Below, in pieces: positions 57,084 to 64,000 of a stretch of 64,000 nt of DNA. Under the pieces are notes generated by a model that had not been told where the DNA came from, ran no database searches, and was given only the letters and a program-made list of their open reading frames with translations. Each line of letters opens with the position of its first letter. The stretch's first letter is position 1. Both the position numbers and the translations under genes were made by a program. The stretch is from an uncultured Mediterraneibacter sp. (GTDB lineage Bacteria > Bacillota > Clostridia > Lachnospirales > Lachnospiraceae): assembly GCA_944384505.1 (NCBI GenBank), contig CALWTQ010000008.1, positions 4,929-68,928 of the forward strand, in the 5' to 3' direction.

Positions 57084-57971
57084 ATGAATACTGTAAAATA
57101 TACGGACAGCGCTGATTTTCATTGCCTGGAAGATCTGCAGGAAGGAGCACTTGATATTGCTCTGATACATATGGGAAAAGAAACATGTAAACCATATCAT
57201 GCGTTCTCAGGTGTCCGGGATGAGTACATTATCCATTTTGTTTTATCCGGGAGCGGATTTTATTCGGCGAATGGGAATACATGGCCTCTTGCAGCAGGGC
57301 AAATGTTCCTGATCTATCCGGACACTCCGATTGTTTACTGCGCGGACAAAAATACGCCCTGGACTTATGCATGGGTGGGATTTAATGGTCTCGGTGTCAG
57401 TACCGTACTGAATCAGTGCGGGTTTTCGAAAAGTCAGCTGATTCTTCCGGTTCCCGATACCGATGAATATATCAAATGCTTTGATGAACTGTTTAACCAC
57501 GTGAGTCTCAGCTTCTCCAACAGACTGTACCGGCAGTCTCTTCTTCTGAGACTCATGGCTGTTCTTATCGATTACCATACCCACTCTTTACTTAACAGCA
57601 GTCAGGGAAAAGCAGCCTATGGAAATAATACGTATGTGGATATGGCTATTGATTATATTAGTGAAATGTATATGCGGGATATCACTGTGTCGGACATTGC
57701 AGACAAGATCGGAATAACACGGGCGCGTCTCAATTCCGCATTTCAGAAAGAGCTGAATATCTCCATTCAGAGATTTCTTATAGATTTCCGTATGCACAAG
57801 GCCGCCAATCTCCTTGTTAATACAACCATGTCTGTAAAGGAGATTGCCGGCCATGTAGGATATAGCGATCAACTTGTATTTTCCAAAGCATTCAAGAAAA
57901 AATTCGAAATGAGCCCTAAAAATTACAGAACGTATAAAGCGGAACTGGAATTAAGAGACAAAAGGCCCTGA
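57084..57971 (+). CDS. AraC-family regulator (MsmR/MelR-like)
   Basis: YIIHFVLSGSG cupin-like arm; C-term twin HTH ..GYSDQLVFSKAFKKKFEMSPKNYR; start moved to the ATG at 57084 behind GGAGGT. Confidence 0.92.
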   Translation: MNTVKYTDSADFHCLEDLQEGALDIALIHMGKETCKPYHAFSGVRDEYIIHFVLSGSGFYSANGNTWPLAAGQMFLIYPDTPIVYCADKNTPWTYAWVGFNGLGVSTVLNQCGFSKSQLILPVPDTDEYIKCFDELFNHVSLSFSNRLYRQSLLLRLMAVLIDYHTHSLLNSSQGKAAYGNNTYVDMAIDYISEMYMRDITVSDIADKIGITRARLNSAFQKELNISIQRFLIDFRMHKAANLLVNTTMSVKEIAGHVGYSDQLVFSKAFKKKFEMSPKNYRTYKAELELRDKRP

Positions 57972-58099
57972 GAAACATTTTTCATTCCTTTGTCTAATCC
58001 CCAAACCATACCTTAATATACTCCCTGATCAGCTCCACACACCGCTCTCTGCCGATCCTGGCTCCTCGATATAAACGCTGATCACATTGTCAGAATCTT

Positions 58100-59590
58100 T
58101 CAGAACATGACTCTTTTTAGCGGCCACATCTGCAGCGATTTAATTTTTAGTTGTCCAGCAGGAACAGATAAAAAATTCTTGTTTTGGCTCTTGTCAGCAA
58201 ATACATTGCAGCTGTGATTTGTGCTGTAATTTTCTGTAAATACCTCTATTGAACTTTTATCTACATAAATGTGGATTGAAAAAATATCGTGATCCTTCAT
58301 CCACAGCGGACTGTGGCTTATCCCCCTGCTCCAGCCATCCCCATGATTTCTATCAAAAGTCATATGCTGCCTCTTTAAATCATAAGTGATCTTGGTATAT
58401 CTTTCTCTGCTGTCATCGCAACGCAGAAACAGTGAGAACGTATCTGCCGTTGTCGCTTTCAGATCTATCTCCATCTTCAGTTCATAGGCATAGCCATCCT
58501 TCAACGGGATGTCATCTTGCCCACCTTCTACGAGCATATTGTCCTGCTCAGTCTCTTCTCCCCGCAGCGTCCGCAGTTCTTCCACAGGTTCAAAGCGAAG
58601 TGTATGATCCGGATTCAGTTTGACCTCCCTGGGAACAGCGAAGAAACCACACCAGCCTTCCCGGTACGTCGGACCCCAGTCTTTCCAGAACGGCATCCAA
58701 TCCCAGCAGTTGGCCCATCCGATTACAAGCCGTCTGCCTTTTCCGTCCACAAATGACTGTGGTGCATAATAGTCAAAGCCCCAATCAGCCTCCCCACTGA
58801 CAACGTAGACAAATTTTCCTGTCTCATAACTGAAATCTCCGACCATGTACACACAGGTTCTCTCACCTGCTCCCATAGGAGAGACAAGCAGTACATACTT
58901 ATCTCCCAAAGGGAAGAAATCCGGGCATTCCCACATGTATCCCCATTCGCCTCTACTTTCCGCAAGGACGCTGAAGAACTCCCAATGGAACATATCCTCA
59001 GACACATAGAGAAGGGCCTGCGCACAATTATTTTTGCTTGCTCCGCACACCATATAATATTTCCCGTCATGTTTCCACACTTTGGGGTCTCTGAACATAT
59101 GTCTCGGTACATCATTCGGAGGTGTTAGAACAGGATTCCCCTCATATTTTTCAAAGTGGATGCCATCCTCGCTGTAGGCGATGCACTGACTCTGTTCAAA
59201 ACCATTTCCATTATTTGTACAACCTGTGAACATAAGGAAAAGTTTTCCATCATGTTCAATGGCACTTCCCGAAAAGCATCCTCCCCTGTAGTGATCATCG
59301 TAAAACTCACTGGGAGCAAGCGCTATAGGCAGATATTCCCAATGTACCAGATCCTCGCTGACAGCATGTCCCCAGTGCATGTAATCCCAATATCCATAAT
59401 AAGGATTATACTGATAGAAAAGATGATATTTTCCTTTATAATAGATCAGACCGTTAGGATCATTGAGCCACCCTGTCTGTGCCATGAAATGGTAGCTCTG
59501 GCGCATCTTTCCCTCTTTGACGATATCTTTATTCTGATCGATAAATACCTGGGCGCGGTCTATATTTTTCTGCATTAACTCTTTTGACAT
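58100..59590 (-). CDS. GH32 beta-fructofuranosidase / sucrose-6-phosphate hydrolase
   Basis: WLNDPNG, FRDPKV, WECPDF catalytic triad; C-term VDKSSIEVF. Confidence 0.94.
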   Translation of the reverse strand: MSKELMQKNIDRAQVFIDQNKDIVKEGKMRQSYHFMAQTGWLNDPNGLIYYKGKYHLFYQYNPYYGYWDYMHWGHAVSEDLVHWEYLPIALAPSEFYDDHYRGGCFSGSAIEHDGKLFLMFTGCTNNGNGFEQSQCIAYSEDGIHFEKYEGNPVLTPPNDVPRHMFRDPKVWKHDGKYYMVCGASKNNCAQALLYVSEDMFHWEFFSVLAESRGEWGYMWECPDFFPLGDKYVLLVSPMGAGERTCVYMVGDFSYETGKFVYVVSGEADWGFDYYAPQSFVDGKGRRLVIGWANCWDWMPFWKDWGPTYREGWCGFFAVPREVKLNPDHTLRFEPVEELRTLRGEETEQDNMLVEGGQDDIPLKDGYAYELKMEIDLKATTADTFSLFLRCDDSRERYTKITYDLKRQHMTFDRNHGDGWSRGISHSPLWMKDHDIFSIHIYVDKSSIEVFTENYSTNHSCNVFADKSQNKNFLSVPAGQLKIKSLQMWPLKRVMF

Positions 59591-59611
59591 TTTTTTACTC
59601 CTGATACCGTA

Positions 59612-60961
59612 TTATTCTTTGTTATAATCCTCTCTGAGTTTCTTTGCAAATTCTGTGTTCAGTTTGGATTCCCTACGTGCCTTATCTTCCTTGATCCGGA
59701 ACTGCTGTTCTCTTTCCGGATAATATTCCTCCCAGCGTTTGTGGTAGGATTCCCTTGCTGCTTTCATATCTTCTGTAAGCTCCGGCAGCATCTGCTTTCT
59801 TTCAGCAAGTACCGGCACATTCGGAAGTCTTTCCTCAACCGGAAGGATTGTCAGCGGCTTGGATGTCGGAAGTGTCTGATACCAATATGCGGTAGAGCTC
59901 CAGTCGTCAGAAAGATGGTTTGCATGTCCGTGTTCTATTGTCACCTTCAGATGTTTGTCAAACCGGACAGGATCTGTGATATGGAATCGGTACGCAACAT
60001 GGAATCCATCTGTATCTCCTTCATGCACGATCGTTCCGTAGAATGGGAAGGCGTTTCTCTGCATCCCCCACGCATGATTGAAATAATCTTCTGTTCCTGT
60101 TCCGTTCAGGCTGGGATATTCCTCTCCATCAATAAAGAACATGTCATTTCCTTCCCCCCACCAGCTTCCCTGGTAATGCTTTACCGTCAGATTGCAGCCC
60201 ACATAATGTCCTGTTCCTTCTACATCAAGCACGACATAGTTGCCATCCCCTTTCAGGTTCACAACATTATTGACTTCAGGGCTGTTTACCTGAAGATCCG
60301 GTCCCCATCCGTCACAAGGATTCTCTCTGTGCCAGCTGGCATGGAAATATGCTGTATTTTCATCCAGCGCCTCTTTGTACATCTCATAATCGATATTAAA
60401 GTAGAGAATAAACGGAAGTTCATTTTCGTTTATAATCTCGATTTTTGCCTTTTTGTTAAAAGGCATCGGGAAATAGCATGATACGGAACAAGGTGCGCCG
60501 TATCTGCCTGCCTCTTCCGGTTTTAATGATACATTAAAAGGCAGTGATGAAAAGTTTCCCGGGTAGCTGTTTCCGATACAAAAGAAATCTCCCAGAGGCG
60601 CCAGTACACCTGGAGTATCCTGATCATCCCAAGTCATCTTAATCAGAACCTTTCTGTAATAGAAGGGATCATAATCATCCCAGATAACTCCCAGGGCAGG
60701 ACCAATCTCCATAACAGGGGCACAGGAAGCATTCAGCTCAGGATCAAGAATGCTCGGTGCCTTTACCTTTCTGCATGAAGATGTCATCCATATATGTGTG
60801 ATACATCCCGGGCCTTCGATCTCGCCCAGTGTAATAGTCTCTCCAGCCGGTATCTCCCAGTAATCCTGATTTTTGCCCCGCTGATCCCAGCTTGCCAGAC
60901 GGCCGTTTCTTGCCTTTTTAATTTTTGTAAGATCCTGAAATAAACCTGATACATTACTCAT
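59612..60961 (-). CDS. GH172 (DUF2961) alpha-fructofuranosidase / difructose dianhydride I synthase-hydrolase-like
   Basis: EGPGCITHIWMT, PLGDFF, YFPMPF, WWGEGND, GTGTEDYF (both catalytic Glu), TIEHGHAN, STAYWYQ, long C-terminal helix. Confidence 0.88.
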   Translation of the reverse strand: MSNVSGLFQDLTKIKKARNGRLASWDQRGKNQDYWEIPAGETITLGEIEGPGCITHIWMTSSCRKVKAPSILDPELNASCAPVMEIGPALGVIWDDYDPFYYRKVLIKMTWDDQDTPGVLAPLGDFFCIGNSYPGNFSSLPFNVSLKPEEAGRYGAPCSVSCYFPMPFNKKAKIEIINENELPFILYFNIDYEMYKEALDENTAYFHASWHRENPCDGWGPDLQVNSPEVNNVVNLKGDGNYVVLDVEGTGHYVGCNLTVKHYQGSWWGEGNDMFFIDGEEYPSLNGTGTEDYFNHAWGMQRNAFPFYGTIVHEGDTDGFHVAYRFHITDPVRFDKHLKVTIEHGHANHLSDDWSSTAYWYQTLPTSKPLTILPVEERLPNVPVLAERKQMLPELTEDMKAARESYHKRWEEYYPEREQQFRIKEDKARRESKLNTEFAKKLREDYNKE

Positions 60962-60998
60962 TGTTTTATCCTCGCTTTCTTTAAATAAGATTTTCAGA

Positions 60999-61829
60999 TT
61001 ATCCTTTTACTGCTCCTGCAGTCATTCCTTCTACGATATTTTTCTGGAAAATGCCGTAGAATATAAGTTCCGGTATGATGATCATGACACTGGAGGCCAC
61101 GATTCCGCCATAATCCACTGTATATGTACCCTTAAAGAACGATGCTCCCATGGACAATGTATAGTCAGATACATCTCTCAACATTACAGACGCAAAAGGA
61201 TATTCGTTCCATATATACAGCACGTTAAAAATAACGATAGTCGCGATGACCGGTTTTGCCATTGGAAGAATGATGCGGAACATCAAATCCCACAGTGAAC
61301 ATCCGTCTATAATAGCCGCTTCATCAATTTCCGCAGGAAGTGCTTTGAGGTATCCCGTTAAAAGCAGCGTATTGAAGGAAATAGATGTAGCTACATATGG
61401 AAAGATCAGTGCCAGCTGTTCTCTGAGATGTAATGCTACGTTGATTTTATAAACAGGGAACAAAAGTATAAACGGTGAGACCGATAATCCCAATATCAGA
61501 AATCCATATAAAAGACTTCTGAGTTTTTTATTTTTGAAATACATTCTAGACAGCACAAAGGAACTGAAATATGTGATTGCCAATTCGATAATAATCGAGA
61601 CAACACATACAAAAAATGTATTTGCGTACAGTTGTACATAATTCAATGTATGAAAAGCATTCTTGTAGTTATCCAAATTAAATGATTTAGGTAAGGAGAG
61701 GGGATTAGCCAAAATCTCCGCATTTGATTTGAATGAAAGCAACAGCATCCATATGAGGGGAAAAACTACAATAAGTGTAACTAATATCATTATGATATAG
61801 CTTACTGTCTTTTTCTTTTTATTGACCAC
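60999..61829 (-). CDS. Carbohydrate ABC transporter permease
   Basis: LPAEIDEAAIIDGC EAA loop; FQKNIVEGMTAGAVKG; GTG start. Confidence 0.93.
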   Translation of the reverse strand: MVNKKKKTVSYIIMILVTLIVVFPLIWMLLLSFKSNAEILANPLSLPKSFNLDNYKNAFHTLNYVQLYANTFFVCVVSIIIELAITYFSSFVLSRMYFKNKKLRSLLYGFLILGLSVSPFILLFPVYKINVALHLREQLALIFPYVATSISFNTLLLTGYLKALPAEIDEAAIIDGCSLWDLMFRIILPMAKPVIATIVIFNVLYIWNEYPFASVMLRDVSDYTLSMGASFFKGTYTVDYGGIVASSVMIIIPELIFYGIFQKNIVEGMTAGAVKG

Positions 61830-61831
61830 CC

Positions 61832-62707
61832 TTACTCACCTTCCTTTTCTCTTGTCAGGAATGAATAAACACCTGTTATGATAAGTGATAACAAAAATGT
61901 AATTGTTGCCAGAGACATACCATATCCATAATCGCTGCTTGTAAATGTTGTAGCATAGCTGTATGTCACCAGAGTTTCCGACAAATGGTTTGGACCTCCT
62001 CCTGTGGTCTGCTGAACGATCTCAAAGATTTTAAATACTCCTGTAATGACCAGAATAGCCGTGCTTGAAATCGTTGTTTTCATCATCGGAATGATAACGA
62101 ATCTAACCGTCTGAACTGAACTCGCCCCGTCGATCTTAACCGCCTCGAGGACATCTTCTGGTATCATTTTCAGTCCTGCAACAAAAATAGTTGTAAGGTA
62201 ACCAAGCTGTTGCCACAAATAGATAATAGAAATACTGTATGGTGATAATACATCTCCGCCAATCCATTTATGTTTCAACGCTCCAAGATTTAGAGCATCC
62301 AGTATATTATTGATAATACCTACATTTGGATCCAGTATATAAACCCATATGATACCTACGATGATCGGTGCAATAATAGCCGGTGAAAAGATCAGTGCTT
62401 TTGAAAATCCAGTTCCCTTAATCTTGCTATTTAAGAGAAGTGCGAGCAGGAAGGACAAGACCATAAGAAGCACAAAAACCAGCACAAAAATAATCAACGT
62501 ATTTTTTAATGATACCCAGAACACATCGTCTTTGAGAAGACGTGCATAATTGCTTAATCCTGCAAATCTTGCCTTACCTATTCCCGAATAACGGGTAAAA
62601 CTATAATAAATGGCTATTATAATAGGAAGAATGATGAACACACTGTATACGATCAACGTTGGCAGCATTAATCCAATTTTATATCTTTTTTTACTAAGCC
62701 AGTGCAT
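61832..62707 (-). CDS. Carbohydrate ABC transporter permease
   Basis: IPEDVLEAVKIDGAS EAA loop, FAGLSNY, YGYGMS. Confidence 0.93.
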   Translation of the reverse strand: MHWLSKKRYKIGLMLPTLIVYSVFIILPIIIAIYYSFTRYSGIGKARFAGLSNYARLLKDDVFWVSLKNTLIIFVLVFVLLMVLSFLLALLLNSKIKGTGFSKALIFSPAIIAPIIVGIIWVYILDPNVGIINNILDALNLGALKHKWIGGDVLSPYSISIIYLWQQLGYLTTIFVAGLKMIPEDVLEAVKIDGASSVQTVRFVIIPMMKTTISSTAILVITGVFKIFEIVQQTTGGGPNHLSETLVTYSYATTFTSSDYGYGMSLATITFLLSLIITGVYSFLTREKEGE

Positions 62708-62782
62708 AAGCCGCTCCTTTTACTCTTATTAGAGCCGGGACTATATCGCTTATGAAACAGCCCCGGATATTTACCTGTTCAA

Positions 62783-64000
62783 TCATTTGTCATAAGACAT
62801 GGCATCATCCATTTTATCCAGTGCCTGCTCAGGTGTGTATGTTCCCTGAAGGACACCGAAAATGCCATTATACAATTCCGTCTGCACTGCTGAACTTAAA
62901 GTCTGATCTGGAGCAGCTTCCGGACTTTTCCAGTCTTCTGACATTGCTGTCAGCATAGCATTCATCGCATACTGTGTATCTGATGCAGACACATCTGAAT
63001 AACTTGTAGCAGGGAAAATCGAACCTGCATAAGAAATCTCTGCTGCATCTTCGCTGTAGTAGAAATTAAGGAATGTATAAACTGCTTCCTTCATAGTGTC
63101 ATCATTACCGACATCAGCGTTTACAACAATTGGCGCAGAAGGAACTTTCATGGCTACATTCTGTTCATAACTACTGTCTTCAAAAACCGGTCCCCACCAG
63201 AAACCAATTTTATCCCCAATATTCTCATCAAATTCTGAACAGTCCCACTGTCCTGTTCCGAACATAGCCGCTCTTCCATCGTCAAACTGCTGTTTTGCGT
63301 CAAAATACTCAATTGTTGCCATATTTTCCGGGAATGCCTGCGCATCTTTCAAACCTTCCAGTTTCTCAAAGCAAGAAACCATATCCGGATTATTGAATTT
63401 CATATCTCCGCTCAGGATATCATCAATATTTTCAGACCACCCATATCTCTCCATGAATTCGTTAAATGGCCACATTGTATATCCACTGTTCTTGCTGCCA
63501 ATAGCAATCGGTGTCACCCCTGAATCTTTCAGTTTCTGAATCATGTCGAGGAACTGGTTATAAGTTGTCTCGTTGGTAGGATAGGCAACTTCTGCCGCGT
63601 CAAACAGATCCTTGTTATAAAAAAATCCCTGCACATTACATTGATAAGGGAGACCATACTGTATGTCTCCATTGTTAAATGCATCTCCCATTCCATTTAA
63701 TGCAGCATCAATATCCTTATTTTCAGAAAGATAATCGGCAAGGTCCAAGAGTACGCCTGAGTCCGCATATTCCGGTGCCTCCGCAGAGTCCAGCCAAAAT
63801 ATCTCAGGGAGAGTGCCATCTGATGCTTCAAGCTTCATATTTTTGGAATGAGATTCTGTATCTGCCGCCTCAAATTCAACCTCATATTTCCCGTCATATT
63901 TCTCATTAAATGCTTCTACAATACTATTTGTTACGGGCTCCTGTTCTTCAGGATTTGCTACATGGATACCAAAAGTAATGACCGTTTCCCCATCCTTATT
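62783..64000 (-). CDS. Sugar ABC transporter substrate-binding protein, 5' end outside window
   Basis: Frame stays open upstream of the track start to base 64000 (NKDGETVITFGIHV..SHSKNMKLEASDGTLPEIFW); YGLPY, YNKDLFD, MFGTGQW. Confidence 0.9.
   Translation of the reverse strand, partial: NKDGETVITFGIHVANPEEQEPVTNSIVEAFNEKYDGKYEVEFEAADTESHSKNMKLEASDGTLPEIFWLDSAEAPEYADSGVLLDLADYLSENKDIDAALNGMGDAFNNGDIQYGLPYQCNVQGFFYNKDLFDAAEVAYPTNETTYNQFLDMIQKLKDSGVTPIAIGSKNSGYTMWPFNEFMERYGWSENIDDILSGDMKFNNPDMVSCFEKLEGLKDAQAFPENMATIEYFDAKQQFDDGRAAMFGTGQWDCSEFDENIGDKIGFWWGPVFEDSSYEQNVAMKVPSAPIVVNADVGNDDTMKEAVYTFLNFYYSEDAAEISYAGSIFPATSYSDVSASDTQYAMNAMLTAMSEDWKSPEAAPDQTLSSAVQTELYNGIFGVLQGTYTPEQALDKMDDAMSYDK

Noticed and set aside
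62734-62766. CCGGG..CCCCGG hairpin after the SBP gene
   Set aside because: Ordinary intercistronic stabiliser typical of ABC operons; weak stem
162-63909. Numerous opposite-strand or alternate-frame track ORFs (e.g. 3523-4149, 6411-7007, 21859-22548, 23919-24554, 29676-30302, 47670-48362, 50735-51502, 52298-52990, 59741-60481)
   Set aside because: Shadow ORFs fully overlapping well-supported genes, with no recognisable motifs or RBS
1-64000. rRNA, tRNA, CRISPR, prophage or intact IS elements
   Set aside because: No such signatures recognised on either strand

Overview
Gene-dense accessory/metabolic region of a low-to-mid-GC Firmicute, most likely a gut Lachnospiraceae-like Clostridium (inferred from gene families and GGAGG RBS style). 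Most genes are on the minus strand. No rRNA, tRNA, CRISPR array, integrase or intact transposase was seen. In order, the window holds: (1) a LacI-controlled carbohydrate ABC importer (1-4305); (2) a ~17 kb uncharacterised catabolic cluster (4426-21668) with a mannose-family PTS, class II aldolase, D-2-hydroxyacid dehydrogenase, atypical HPS/UlaD-family enzyme, TWO different LeuCD-type aconitase-family heterodimers, bicupin, MmgE/PrpD enzyme, LacI regulator, cyclic amidohydrolase, LarA-family racemase and an amidase, with a shared ~17-bp operator-like motif in both divergent promoter regions; (3) a class-M-like sirtuin preceded by two genes collapsed by internal deletions, then a ~240-bp imperfect palindrome; (4) a flavin/redox block apparently interrupted by a fructose-family PTS/aldolase cassette; (5) a glucarate pathway with a DHDPS-family aldolase and a degenerate AAA+ regulator; (6) a LysR-linked FAD/[2Fe-2S] oxidoreductase trio; (7) a decayed AAA/PD-(D/E)XK gene and other remnants; (8) an alpha-galactoside locus (GH27, Sip1-like GH36, ABC, AraC) containing a coupled Cys4 miniprotein; (9) a GH32+GH172+ABC locus resembling difructose-dianhydride utilisation. 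The best candidate for an undescribed system is the 4426-21668 cluster. All family calls come from visual motif recognition; no database search was run.
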